A stretch of DNA of 63,979 nt, filler included, from Lama guanicoe (taxonomy: Eukaryota), in assembly GCA_013239625.1 (NCBI GenBank). It is 101 parts of 101 records of this genome, joined end to end, with 100 filler letters (N's around TTAATTAATTAA, not from the genome) between each part and the next. Parts side by side here need not be neighbours in the genome. Positions count along the whole stretch, not along the records: positions 37,111 to 37,848 come from PNXV01026869.1; positions 37,949 to 38,235 come from PNXV01026871.1; positions 38,336 to 38,713 come from PNXV01026872.1; positions 38,814 to 39,498 come from PNXV01026874.1; positions 39,599 to 40,010 come from PNXV01026875.1; positions 40,111 to 40,380 come from PNXV01026878.1; positions 40,481 to 40,967 come from PNXV01026879.1; positions 41,068 to 41,748 come from PNXV01026880.1; 93 more parts are not named here. One strand, written 5' to 3'. Shown piece by piece: positions 37,111 through 49,881 of the stretch. Under the pieces are notes generated by a model. It searched no databases, had not been told where the DNA came from, and saw nothing but the letters and a program-made list of their open reading frames with translations. Within the stretch, counting starts at the first letter, position 1, and the number at the start of each line of letters is the position of its first letter. Both the position numbers and the translations under genes were made by a program.

Positions 37111-37848
37111 AGCTTGGGGAGGTTCCACCAACGGTCGGCAGCGCGTGGGTTTTAACGGTATGCATAAGGTCGACTCCCCTGAGGGTTTTCCTAATGTCTC
37201 TGTGCCAGGGAATGCTAGGGGGGTTTGCACGTAGTCCCAATGACAGAGGCTGCCTCCCCATGGTCAGACAAGGTATTTCTCGGACTTCCCCGAACAGGGA
37301 ACACCTGTGACTGAAGAGAGCTGCGTGGAGTTATGTCTCGAGGTTCCCCCACGCACTGACAATGGTTCCGGAATCCTGAGCTTGGGGAGGTTCCACCAAC
37401 GGTCGGCAGCGCGTGGGTTTTAACGGTATGCATAAGGTCGACTCCCCTGAGGGTTTTCCTAATGTCTCTGTGCCAGGGAATGCTAGGGGGGTTTGCACGT
37501 AGTCCCAATGACAGAGGCTGCCTCCCCATGGTCAGACAAGGTATTTCTCGGACTTCCCCGAACAGGGAACACCTGTGACTGAAGAGAGCTGCGTGGAGTT
37601 ATGTCTCGAGGATCCCCCACGCACTGACAATATTTCCGGAATCCTGAGCTTGGGGAGGTTCCACCAACGGTCGGCAGCGCGTGGGTTCTATTGGAATGCC
37701 TAAGCTCATCTCCCCTGAGGGTTTTCCTAATGTCTCTGTGCCAGGGAATGCTAGGGGTGTTTGCAGGAAATCCCACAGGCAGAGGGTGCCTCCCCAAGTT
37801 CAGGGATATTATTTCTCGGACTTCCCAGAGCAGGGAACACTTGTGACT
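37111..37848 (-). repeat. 267-bp satellite array fragment (268-bp period)
   Basis: First two monomers near identical; 268-bp offset. Confidence 0.95.
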
Positions 37849-38335
37849 NNNNNNNNNNNNNNNNNNNNNNNNNNNNNNNNNNNNNNNNNNNNTTAATTAA
37901 TTAANNNNNNNNNNNNNNNNNNNNNNNNNNNNNNNNNNNNNNNNNNNNAAAAAAAAAAAAATGAGAGAGAAGAAACTGCCTTTTATTTAGCACTCTAGTA
38001 ACATTTCAGATCTCATGTATTTTTTCCTCATTTTAACCTCACTGATCTACAAATAAGGTTTGTGATTTCCATGTCTTAGATGAAGAAACTGGCCTCAATT
38101 CTCTCAGTTCTGTAATGACTCTGAAGACCTCATCACCCCATCTGTAACTCTATCCCGCAACATCATACCAGTCAAATATTGCAGTTAAGACTGAATTTGA
38201 CACAACTGACCATGCCTTTCAGCCACTTTATTTCANNNNNNNNNNNNNNNNNNNNNNNNNNNNNNNNNNNNNNNNNNNNTTAATTAATTAANNNNNNNNN
38301 NNNNNNNNNNNNNNNNNNNNNNNNNNNNNNNNNNN

Positions 38336-38713
38336 TAAGCGATTTTATAAGAACCAATGCCCTGCTCTCAGTTGGAGGAGGCTGACCAATCTCAGGATAA
38401 CGGTGCAAGAGTTCGTGTGTGTGCTGGAAGTGTGGAAACAAACTCCACGGATCTTTATGGGGGCACAGGTGTTCCCAGGTTAGGGATGTAGTTTAAACAC
38501 CTCCACAAACCATAGAGAGGTCATCGCAAATACTTGGTTTCGGAGCCCATACCACACTTTCCCCTGCATTCCCGCCTTGGCTTTCCATCATGGAAGACAA
38601 GCAAAGGGATTCAATTAGAACACAGGCGCTGCTGTCAGTTGGAGGAACTTCCATGTACTCAGATTTCCAGAACACATTCTTAGGTGTGGGAGATATGTGC
38701 AGCCCCACTCCAC
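38336..38713 (+). repeat. Highly diverged relic of the 267-bp satellite
   Basis: AGAAC anchor at 38350 and 38617 (267 bp apart); TTAGAACACAGGCGCTGCTGTCAGTTGGAGGAACTTCC vs canonical TTAGAACCCACGCGCTGCCGACCGTTGGTGGAACCTCC; CACAGGTGTTCCC retained. Confidence 0.75.
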
Positions 38714-38813
38714 NNNNNNNNNNNNNNNNNNNNNNNNNNNNNNNNNNNNNNNNNNNNTTAATTAATTAANNNNNNNNNNNNNNNNNNNNNNNNNNNNNNN
38801 NNNNNNNNNNNNN

Positions 38814-39498
38814 TAGAATATAGAATGTAGAACACAGAATTTAGAATATAGAATATGGAATTCAGAATATTGAATACAGAATATAGAATGTAGAACATAG
38901 AATATAGAATATGGATAACAAATTACAGAAAACAGAATTTAGAACATGGATTGAAGAAACAGAATTTAGTATATAGAATACAGAATACTGAATATTGAGT
39001 TTAGAATATTGAATGCAGAACACAGGATTTAGAATATAGAATACATAACACTGAATATAGAATTTAGAACATGGAATGCACAACACAGTATTTAAAATAT
39101 AGAATACGCATTGCAGATTATAGAATGTAGAATATAGAATGAAGAACACATAATATAGAATATATAAAAGAGAATATACTAAACAGAATTAAGACATGAA
39201 ATGCAGAGCAGAGAATTTAGAATATAAAATACAGTATACTGACTATAGAATTTACAATATAGAATGTAGAACACAGAATATAGAATACAGACTACGGAAT
39301 GCAAAATAGATTATGTAGAGTATAGAATTAAGAACACACACTAAAGAATATAGCATAGAGAATAAAGAACCCAGAATTTAGAACACAGAATGCAGAACAC
39401 AAAATTTAGAATACAGAATACAGAATACTGTATATAGATTATAAAACATGGAATGCAGAAAAAAGAATTTAGAATTTAGAATACAGAATACTGAATAT
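38814..39498 (+). repeat. AT-rich heptamer satellite
   Basis: (AGAATAT)n degenerate array. Confidence 0.93.
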
Positions 39499-39598
39499 NN
39501 NNNNNNNNNNNNNNNNNNNNNNNNNNNNNNNNNNNNNNNNNNTTAATTAATTAANNNNNNNNNNNNNNNNNNNNNNNNNNNNNNNNNNNNNNNNNNNN

Positions 39599-40010
39599 GT
39601 CTCAGGTGTTTCCTAAATGGGGAAGTCCGAGAAAAAACTTCCCTGACTTTGAGGAGGCAGCCTCTATACCTGGGATTGCCTGCAACCCCCCCAGCATTCC
39701 CTGGCACAGAGACATTAGGAAAAAACACAGGGGAGTCGAGCTTAGGCATTCCGTTAGAACCCACGCGCTGCCGACCGTTGGTGGAACCTCCCCACGCTCA
39801 GGATTCGGGAAAAATTGTCAGTGCGTGTGGAGCGCGAGCGACTTCTCCACGCAGCTCTCTTCAGTCACAGGTGTTCCCTGAAAGGGGAAGTCAGAGAAAC
39901 AAATTCCCTGGAGTTGGGGAGGCAACCTATGTCACTGGGAATGCCTGCAAACCCCCTTGGAATTCCCTGGCACAGAGACATTAGGAAAATACCCAGGGGC
40001 GTCGAGCTTA
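39599..40010 (+). repeat. 267-bp satellite array fragment
   Basis: About 1.5 monomers. Confidence 0.95.
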
Positions 40011-40145
40011 NNNNNNNNNNNNNNNNNNNNNNNNNNNNNNNNNNNNNNNNNNNNTTAATTAATTAANNNNNNNNNNNNNNNNNNNNNNNNNNNNNNNNNN
40101 NNNNNNNNNNTCGATCTCCTCTCCCCTCTCAGCAGGGCCTGCAAC

Positions 40146-40380
40146 ATGAGCATCCCTGAGTACATGCAGTGTGCTGAGGACTATGAGACTCTTCCCGTGG
40201 TGGTCCAACCCGTGGGGATCATCTCAGAGGAGAATATCTTTTGCATCTATAAGCGAATCTCCTCGGTGAGCCAGATCAGCCCGTGCGGCTCCCAGTGGAC
40301 ACTCTGTATCCACTACAGGCACCACTATGCTCCCGAGAATGGGTGGAGCGACTTCCAGACCCACTGCAAGGTCGTGGGCC
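40146..40380 (+). CDS. TRAPPC9: TRAPPC9 (NIBP)-like first coding exon, 3'-truncated by the contig end; probably a duplicated, decaying copy
   Basis: [67 protein letters not shown] matches the TRAPPC9 N-terminus ([61 protein letters not shown]); polypyrimidine tract + CAGCAG acceptor at 40115-40135. Confidence 0.85.
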
Positions 40381-41848
40381 NNNNNNNNNNNNNNNNNNNN
40401 NNNNNNNNNNNNNNNNNNNNNNNNTTAATTAATTAANNNNNNNNNNNNNNNNNNNNNNNNNNNNNNNNNNNNNNNNNNNNCATTAACTTTCTGTCTGCTC
40501 CTCTGGCAACCAAACTCATAGAAGAGTCAGCTCTGCAGAGCGCCCTGCTGGGGAGAAACCCCGCAGCAGCTCTGCAGGCTACCTGCCCTCCCGAATGCTC
40601 TGCTGACCCTTGGTGTCCTCCGTGGAGACCAGGCTAACAGAGCTCTTCCCAACAGCTGCAAAGTTGCACAAGTTAAATAAATCACTTTATTTTATACGAT
40701 ATTTTACGTATATATCCATCTCTGAAAACAGCTTTGCCAGAAGCCCAAAGCTTCAACATCAATCTGCAAAGGCAAATCCGGACCCCAAGGGAAAACAAGA
40801 CTTAAGACGACGCTAAGGCCTCCAAAGTCCTCTCAAGGACCGTCAACCAAACTGCCTGCAGGTCTGCAGATGCAGGCGGTTACATGACTGGTTTTAAAGC
40901 ACCCCCCTCCTGCCCTCAGGCGCTACAATGTCCCTCTACGCCTTCCCTTCTCAGGGTAAGAGCAGCCNNNNNNNNNNNNNNNNNNNNNNNNNNNNNNNNN
41001 NNNNNNNNNNNTTAATTAATTAANNNNNNNNNNNNNNNNNNNNNNNNNNNNNNNNNNNNNNNNNNNNTAGACACTGAGCAAATGAATGACTGTTACACTC
41101 CCATTTGAAGGATGAGTAAAGTGACACTCAGGGAGAGGAGGCAAATTTCCTGAGTTCCCAAAGACAAAAAGGGATGAGCACAGAATAAGATCCCTGCAAA
41201 TTTCTTGGCTGTCATCAGCCTTTAGGTCAGTGACAGAGTGTCGTGTGCAGTAGTAAAGTTGTGGTGTGCTTATAAAAGGGTGCAGATGTTCTTTTTTTTG
41301 TTGATACAATCACACTGTTTTGTCTGGGACTCTGAAAAAGAGAAATGGGTTAGAAAATATTGGTTTCTCATCCTTGGTCCTTCCTCACCCACACAGATAT
41401 GGACCCTTCCATCTGCAGCAGGAATAAGAGCCCCAGCCTTCCCATATCATGAGATTAGTACTCATTCATTTCATCCCTGCCCACCTGTAGGTGATAAAGT
41501 ACAGCGTGATTTTCACGTCCTGCTTCACTGATTCTTGTGAAATTAAGTGTTTGAAGATAGAAACTCATGAAAGGAAGCTGCTTTTTTTATATAAAGTGCA
41601 GTCGTTTTCTTAGCAGAGAAGGAAATTGAGGATTTTCTTCATTGAAAATCAATAGAGATTTCAAGAACATCTGTATTTCTGATACGTAGATTAAAATGAA
41701 AAAAATCTAGAGGGATTATAGAAACACAAGGAAGACACCAAAATTGTCNNNNNNNNNNNNNNNNNNNNNNNNNNNNNNNNNNNNNNNNNNNNTTAATTAA
41801 TTAANNNNNNNNNNNNNNNNNNNNNNNNNNNNNNNNNNNNNNNNNNNN

Positions 41849-42541
41849 GAGTGGAGTTTGCACCTGTAAAGAAAATATGTGTTCCTTTCAAGCTAGGAGA
41901 AAGACGACTTTCACACACACTTATCTCTCAGAACTGAGCATGTGGGGAGACGTTCGTTCATCATGCACAAAGCGAACGGGTTGCAGGAGAAACCCTTACT
42001 CTGGTTTCTCAGTCTGTTTCCTAGTGCCGGTTTGAAGTGCCTGCCGTTTTCACTGTAAAACCGAGTTGGAGCTTGTACCTCCCCATATATATGTATGGAG
42101 TGGAGTTTGCACCTGTAAAGAAAATATGTGTTCCTTTCAAGCTAGGAGAAAGACGACTTTCACACACACTTATCTCTCAGAACTTAGCATGTGGAGAGAC
42201 GTTCGTTCATCATGCACAAAGCGAACGGGTAGCAGGAGAAACACTGACTCTGGTTTCTCTGTTTGTTTCCTAGTGCCGGTTTGAAGTGCCTGCCGTTTTC
42301 ACTGTAAAACCGAGTTGGAGCTTGTACCTCCCCATATATATGTATGGAGTGGAGTTTGCAACTGAAAAGAAACTTTGTGTTCCCTTCAAGCTAGGTGAAG
42401 GACGGCTTCACACACACTTATCTCTCAGAACTGAGCATGTGGAGAGACGTTCCTTCATCCAGCACAAAGGGAACGGGCTACAGGAAAAACAATTACTCTG
42501 CTTTCTCAGTCTGTTTCCTAGTGCCTGTTTGAAGTGCCTGC
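41849..42541 (+). repeat. 249-bp satellite array fragment
   Basis: 249-bp period (42037/42286). Confidence 0.95.
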
Positions 42542-42641
42542 NNNNNNNNNNNNNNNNNNNNNNNNNNNNNNNNNNNNNNNNNNNNTTAATTAATTAANNN
42601 NNNNNNNNNNNNNNNNNNNNNNNNNNNNNNNNNNNNNNNNN

Positions 42642-43385
42642 TGAAAAGAAACTTTGTGTTCGCTTCAAGCTAGGTGAAGGTCGGCTTTCAACACCCTTAT
42701 CTCTTAGAACTGAGCAATTGGAGAGACGTTAGTTCATCCAGCACAAAGGGAACGGGTTGCAGGAGAAACCCTTACTCTGGTTTCTCAGTCTGTTTCCTAG
42801 TGCCGGTTGGAAGTGCCTGCCGTTTTCACTGTAAAACCGATTTGGAGCTTGTATGTCCCCATATATATGTACGGAGTGGAATTTGCAAGTGAAAAGAAAC
42901 TTTGTGTTCCCTTCAAGCTGGTGAAGGACGGCTTTCACACACACTTATCTCTCAGAACTGAGCATGTGGAGAGACGTTCGTTCATCTAGCAGAAACGGAA
43001 CGGGTTGCAGGGGAAACCCTTACTCTGGTTTCTTAGTGTGTTTCCTAATGCCGGTGTGAAGTGCCTGCCGTTTTCACTGTAAAACCGATTTGGAGCTTGT
43101 ATGTCCCCATATATATGTACGGAGTGGAATTTGCAAGTGAAAAGAAACTTTGTGTTCCCTTCAAGCTAGGTGAAGGACGGCTTTCACACACACTTATCTC
43201 TCAGAACTGAGCATATGGAGAGACGTTCGTTCATCTAGCAGAAACGGAACGGGTTGCAGGGCAAACCCTTACTCTGGTTTCTTAGTCTGTTTCCTTATGC
43301 CGGTCTGAAGTGCCTGCCGTTTTCACTGTAAACCGTTTTGGAGCTTGTATGTCCCCATATATATGTACGGAGTGGAATTTGCAAG
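42642..43385 (+). repeat. 249-bp satellite array fragment
   Basis: About 3 monomers, 248-249 bp period. Confidence 0.95.
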
Positions 43386-43485
43386 NNNNNNNNNNNNNNN
43401 NNNNNNNNNNNNNNNNNNNNNNNNNNNNNTTAATTAATTAANNNNNNNNNNNNNNNNNNNNNNNNNNNNNNNNNNNNNNNNNNNN

Positions 43486-43886
43486 ATCATTAGCGTAATG
43501 AAATGCCACTGATATTTGAACCTTAAACATGAAACCTGCTACCTTGCTGAATTCTTTGATCAGCTGTAGTAAATTCATTCTTTATCTTTTTGGGATTTCT
43601 ATAAATAGTAACATTATCTGCATATAGTGAGACTTTTATCTCTTCCTTTCCAATTTTCATCCCTTCTAATTCTCTCTCTTGTTTGATTGCTGTGGCTAGG
43701 ACTTCCAAGACTATCTTGTGTAAGAGTCATGATAGTGTGCATCCTTTTACTTTCCCAGATTTTAGTAGGAAGAATTTGACTTTCTCACCATTGAGTACTA
43801 TGCTGGAAATAGGTTTGTTATTTATAGCTTTTGTGATGCTGTGATATAATCCCTCTATGCCCACTTTGGTGAGAGTTTTTATCATA
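43486..43886 (-). mobile_element. L1 ORF2 RT fragment
   Basis: Minus strand encodes [31 protein letters not shown]. Confidence 0.9.
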
Positions 43887-45144
43887 NNNNNNNNNNNNNN
43901 NNNNNNNNNNNNNNNNNNNNNNNNNNNNNNTTAATTAATTAANNNNNNNNNNNNNNNNNNNNNNNNNNNNNNNNNNNNNNNNNNNNCTGTGAACTTATTT
44001 AATTCAAAGGGCTTAAAACTTATTTATAATGGTGTAATGGAGTTGTGGGGAAGAATTACCTGAAGAGACCAAAATCCAATGGGGGGGGGATTGGCTCAAA
44101 AGTGACACAGACGCGGAAGGAAATTCACTTACACTGACATGCTATTATGTCTGAGATTTGTATTTCGACTTCCTGACATGTTATGCTAAATTTGAGCTAA
44201 TATCTCATTTAAAATGTGTTTGTGAGGTAAAGTGAATTACAATAGCATGTAAAGGTAAGAATTAATGGTATGCTAGAAAAGAACATAACAATGTCATAAT
44301 TCACTTTTTCTTACTGGTTCCTGTTGATGAGAAAAACATTGAGACAAAGATCCTAGCCATTTGTGTTCTCTTAAGAGACAACTATTTTCTTTAATCGATC
44401 CCCAGTAACAATTTGGATCACATTTGAATTAAATCTTTCTATAATGTTTAAAATATTAGGAAACATAAAGATATGACATTTGTAGACATAGGGCATCTGA
44501 TGTGGCAGTAATCATTGATTTTGATTATAAATTTATGTTCTTATTGATGTAAGATTAGTAGTGTTGCCCATCACATTTTAGTGAGCAATGGAGTAAACAG
44601 AGAAGTCTCACAAAGCCTAAATGTGAGGCTAGACAGATACTGTCAATTAGCACCTACAACACACAAATGTGGGTTACTGGTGTGTCAGATTATTGATCAT
44701 TTCAGCTCCTGGGGCTGGGAGGGTTTGGGATAGCTGAAGCCCCANNNNNNNNNNNNNNNNNNNNNNNNNNNNNNNNNNNNNNNNNNNNTTAATTAATTAA
44801 NNNNNNNNNNNNNNNNNNNNNNNNNNNNNNNNNNNNNNNNNNNNCCAAGGTATTTACTTACCCAACTGAAGGAGCATCACTTCAAAAAGTAAAGCAAGGG
44901 CAGGAACTCATGTTTCCTATTGCACTGTGTCTGGGAAATTTTTGTATGAGATCATGTTCCACAGTTGAAAAAAATCCAGTGAAGTTCATGCCATTCTTGC
45001 TCTGAACCTTTTCCCACCTCCTACTTCATTTGGCAACCCTTGTTNNNNNNNNNNNNNNNNNNNNNNNNNNNNNNNNNNNNNNNNNNNNTTAATTAATTAA
45101 NNNNNNNNNNNNNNNNNNNNNNNNNNNNNNNNNNNNNNNNNNNN

Positions 45145-45610
45145 GGAAGCTATTTCTCGGACTTCCCCCTAACAGGGAACACCTGTGACTGAACAGGTTG
45201 CGTGGAGTTGTCTCTCTTGCTCCCCCACACACAAACAATGGTTCCGGAATCCTCAGCGTTGGGAGTTTCCACCAAAGGTTGGCAGCGGGAGGGTTCTAAC
45301 TGAATGACTAAGCTGGTCTCCCCTGAGTGTTTTCTTTATGTCTGGCTGTCAGGGAATGCTGGGGGTCTGCGGTGGCATGCTCAGTGTCAGCTGCTGCCTC
45401 CCCAAGGTCAGGGAAGCTATTTCTCGGGCTTGAACCTAATAGGGAACACCTGTGACTGAAGAGAACTGCGTGGATTTTTCTCTCGAGCTCCCCCGCGCAC
45501 AGACATTGGTTCCGGAATCCTGAGCGTGGGGAGTTTCCACCAACTGTTGGCAGCGCGTGGGTTCTTACAGAATGCCTAGCCAGTCTCCCCTGAGTGTTTT
45601 CCAAATGTCT
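45145..45610 (-). repeat. Diverged subfamily of the 267-bp satellite
   Basis: Monomer recognisable but carries TGTCTGGCTG and CCCCTGAGTGTTTT variants. Confidence 0.9.
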
Positions 45611-46329
45611 NNNNNNNNNNNNNNNNNNNNNNNNNNNNNNNNNNNNNNNNNNNNTTAATTAATTAANNNNNNNNNNNNNNNNNNNNNNNNNNNNNNNNNN
45701 NNNNNNNNNNGGTTTCTTCCATCAGCCCTTAACTTCCTTGGGAGCCAGGACTGTCTCATCGCCTCAAGGATCCCTAATGCCTAGTGAGATGCCTAATACA
45801 GCTGGTACTTAACGAGCACATCGGTCAAATGGTAAAACCTGATTAAAGAAAAGACCCTCATTTTTCAGACATGCCTACTTGAGTACAAAGGGTAAAATGA
45901 CATGTCTTCTTGGATTTGCTGTCAAATACTTCAACAAAGGACAAATAAAAGAACAAAGGTCTTTATAAAGGAAATATGGAAAAGTTTGTGAATACCTTAA
46001 TCTGGGTGATGGGCTTATTGTACTATACTTACTGGTGCATACTTAGTTAGTTTATAATATTACTGTCATTAGCGGAATACCAAGTATTGATACGTATAAA
46101 TTGAAATANNNNNNNNNNNNNNNNNNNNNNNNNNNNNNNNNNNNNNNNNNNNTTAATTAATTAANNNNNNNNNNNNNNNNNNNNNNNNNNNNNNNNNNNN
46201 NNNNNNNNTTAAGGATATTAACACTTTAGCACTCATATAAAGACAACAAGTTGCAGAATAGAAAATAACTTTTGCTTTTGTTAGAGATTTTACAGAGGCA
46301 CTATGACCTGGTCTTCGTAGACAGCTGCA

Positions 46330-46613
46330 GACCAAGATAATGGCAGACTTGGAGAACCATATTGCCCATCAGACTTCAGGCTCCTTTTCTACTAAAAAGG
46401 GGAGGGGCTGTGGTTGGTTGTTGCAAACTTCTCTTTGTAGGATTTCTTTGTTCATGGAATTCTTTGCAGCTATCCACGTGATTCAGATCATGGTGTTCCT
46501 GTAAACGTGCAACAAAACAAACTTTTTCTATTCTGCAACTTGTTATCTTTTAGGAGTGCAAAAATGTTAATATTCTTAACGTTCAGAGCCCTGAGAATAG
46601 GCTCTCCTGTTTA
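46330..46613 (-). mobile_element. Possible ERV LTR fragment
   Basis: AAAAGGGGAGGGG..TGGTTGGTTGTTGCAAACTTC..GTTCCTGTAAAC..CAACAA.ACAAA resembles artiodactyl ERV1 LTR text (from memory). Confidence 0.4.
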
Positions 46614-47287
46614 NNNNNNNNNNNNNNNNNNNNNNNNNNNNNNNNNNNNNNNNNNNNTTAATTAATTAANNNNNNNNNNNNNNNNNNNNNNNNNNNNNNN
46701 NNNNNNNNNNNNNCTTTGAGAGGCTGGTCTACTGCCCACCTGAGAAACGATGCTATACAGACGGTAAAGAAAATATTTTATTCTCAGGCAGGCCAAAGGA
46801 AATTTTCTCCCCTGTACAGAGGACTTAGTCTCATGAGGAAAGGGGCAAATCTCAGGAGGTTTAGCTCCACTTGATGATGATTCAGGGTCATAACCTAAGA
46901 GAGGCTGGGCTACTGCTCAGCTGAGACTTTCTACCGCAGCCACTGAAGCCTATGTACTGCTCTCCATAAAAGAGGCACATCAGTGTCACCCAGGGCTCTG
47001 TGACTTTTTTCTGTCTGCCAGATTCTGTCAACCTGCCAGGCCTTAAAAGAATGCAATACACCACCCCTCCCCTATTTCTTAAAATGTAGAAGGCTCTTGG
47101 TTTCCTCTACATAAAACCTCTTTTTAATGCCTTGACTAATTTAGAAAATGCCACAAAACATGGAGAAGAAAATAACGATCACTTCTGNNNNNNNNNNNNN
47201 NNNNNNNNNNNNNNNNNNNNNNNNNNNNNNNTTAATTAATTAANNNNNNNNNNNNNNNNNNNNNNNNNNNNNNNNNNNNNNNNNNNN

Positions 47288-48017
47288 GGGAGGTTCCACC
47301 AACGGTCGGCAGCCCATGGGTTCTAACGGAAAGCCTGTGCTCATCTCCCCTGAGGGTTTTCCACATGTCTCTGAGCCAGAGAATGCAAGGGGGGGTTGCA
47401 GGAAATCCCAGTGACAGAGGCTGCCTCCCCAAGCTCAGGGAAGGTATTTCTCGGACTTCCCCGAGCAGGGAACACCTGTGACTGAAGAGAGCTGCGTGGA
47501 GTTGTCTCTCGAGCTCCCCCACTCATTGACAATGGTTCCGGAATCCTGAGCGTGGGGAAGTTCCATCAACGGTCTGCAGAGCGTGGGTTCTAACGGAATG
47601 CCTGTGCTCGTCTCCCGTGAGTGTTTTCCACATGTCTCTGTGCCAGGGAATGCTAGGGGGGATTGAAGGAATTCCCAGTGACAGAGGCTGCCTCCCCAAG
47701 GTCAGGGAAGGTATTTCTCGGACTTCCCCGAGCAGGGAACACCTGTGACGGAAGAGAGCTGCGTGGAGTTGTCTCTCGAGCTCCCCCACTCATTGACAAT
47801 GGTTCCGGAATCCTGAGCGTGGGGAGGTTCCACCAACGGTCGGCAGCGCGTGGGTTTTAACGGAATGCCTGTGCTCGTCTCCCCTGTGTGGTTTCCTCAT
47901 GTCTCTTTGCCAGGGAATGCTAGGGGGGATTGAAGGAATTCCCAGTGACAGAGGCTATCTCCCTAAGCTCAGGGAAGTTATTTCTCGGACTTCCCCGATC
48001 AGGGAACACCTGTGACT
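47288..48017 (-). repeat. 267-bp satellite array fragment
   Basis: About 2.7 monomers, reverse orientation. Confidence 0.95.
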
Positions 48018-48117
48018 NNNNNNNNNNNNNNNNNNNNNNNNNNNNNNNNNNNNNNNNNNNNTTAATTAATTAANNNNNNNNNNNNNNNNNNNNNNNNNNN
48101 NNNNNNNNNNNNNNNNN

Positions 48118-48954
48118 GACTTCCTGCAAACAACCCTAGCATTCCCTGGCATAGAGACATTAGGAAGAACGTCAGGGGAGACGAGGTTAGGCATTCCGTT
48201 AGAACCCACGCGCTGACGACCGTTGGTGGAACCTCCCCACGCTCAGGATTCCGGAAACATTGTCAGTGCGTGGGGGAGCTCGATAGAAAACTGCACACAG
48301 CTCTCATCAGTCACAGGTGTTCCGTGCTCGGGGAAGTCTGAGAAATAACTTCCCTGACCTTGAGGAGGCAGCCTATGTCACTGAGACTTCCTGCAAACAT
48401 CCCTGGCATTCCCTGGCACAGAGACTTTAGGAAAACGCTCAGGGAAGATGAGCATAGGCATTCCGTAAGAACCCACGTGCTGCCGACCGTTGGTGGCACC
48501 TCCCCACTCTCAGGATTCCGGAAACATTGTCAGTGCGTGGCGGAGCCCGAGAGACAACTCCACGCAGCTCTCTTCGATCACAGGTGTTCCCTGTTCGGGT
48601 AAGTCCGAGAAATAACTTCCCTGATTTTGGGGAGGCAGCCACAGTCACTGGAAAATACTGAAAACCCCCCTAGCATTCCCTGGCACAGAGACAGTAGGTA
48701 AACACTAAGGGGATTCGAGCTTAAGCATTCCGTTAGAACCCACGCACTGCCGACCGTTGGTGGAACCTCCCCACGCTCAGGATTCCGGAACCATTGTCAG
48801 TGCGTGGCGGAGCTCGAGAGAGATCTCCACGCAGCTCTCTTCAGTCACAGGTGTTCCCTGCTCGGGGAAGTCCAAGAAATACATTCCCTGACCTTGTGGA
48901 GTCAACCTCTGTCACTGGGATTTCATGCAAACTTCCCTAGCATTCCCTGGCACA
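48118..48954 (+). repeat. 267-bp satellite array fragment
   Basis: About 3.1 monomers. Confidence 0.95.
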
Positions 48955-49054
48955 NNNNNNNNNNNNNNNNNNNNNNNNNNNNNNNNNNNNNNNNNNNNTT
49001 AATTAATTAANNNNNNNNNNNNNNNNNNNNNNNNNNNNNNNNNNNNNNNNNNNN

Positions 49055-49881
49055 TGCCAGGGAATGCTAGGGGGGTTTGCAGGCAATCTCAGTGACAGAG
49101 GCTTCCTTCCCAAGGTCAGGGAACGTATTTCTCAGAATTCCCCCTAACAGGGAACACCTGTGACTGAAGAGAGCTGCGTGGGGTTGTATCTCGAGCACCC
49201 CACGCACTGACAATGGTTCCGGGATCCGGAACGTGGGGAGGTTCCACCAACGGTCGGCAGCGCGTGGGTTCTAACGGAATGCCTAAGCTCGACTCCTCTG
49301 GGATTTTTCCTAATGTCTCTGTGCCAGGGAATGCTAGGGGGGTTTGCAGGCAATCCCAGGGACAGATTCTGCCTCCCCAAGGTCAGGGAACGTATTTCTC
49401 AGAATTCCCCCTAAGAGGGAACACCTGTGACTGAAGAGAGCTGCGTGGAGTTGTCTCTCGAGCTCCCCCACGCACTGACAATGGTTCCGGGATCCGGAAC
49501 GTGGGGAGGTTCCCCCAACGGTCGGCAGCGCGTGGGTTCTAACGGAATGCCTAAGCTCGACTCCTCTGGGATTTTTCCTAATGTCTCTGTGCCAGGGAAT
49601 GCTAGGGGGGTTTGCAGGCAATCCCAGGGACAGATTCTGCCTCCCCAAGGTCAGGGAACGTATTTCTCAGAATTCCCCCTAAGAGGGAACACCTGTGACT
49701 GAAGAGAGCTGCGTGGAGTTGTCTCTCGAGTTCCCCACGCGCTAACAATGGTTCCGGAATCCTGAGCGTGGGGAGGTTACACCAACAGTCGGCAGCCCGT
49801 GGGTTCTAACGGAATGCCTATGCTCGAATCCTCTGGGTATTTTCCTAATGTCTCTGTGCCAGTGAATGCTAGGGGGTTTGC
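49055..49881 (-). repeat. 267-bp satellite array fragment (268-bp period)
   Basis: Near-identical adjacent monomers (49380/49648). Confidence 0.95.

Noticed and set aside
30539..40380. Apparent clustering of PILR, TRAPPC9 and satellites as one system
   Set aside because: They lie on separate contigs joined artificially, so proximity in this window carries no biological information.
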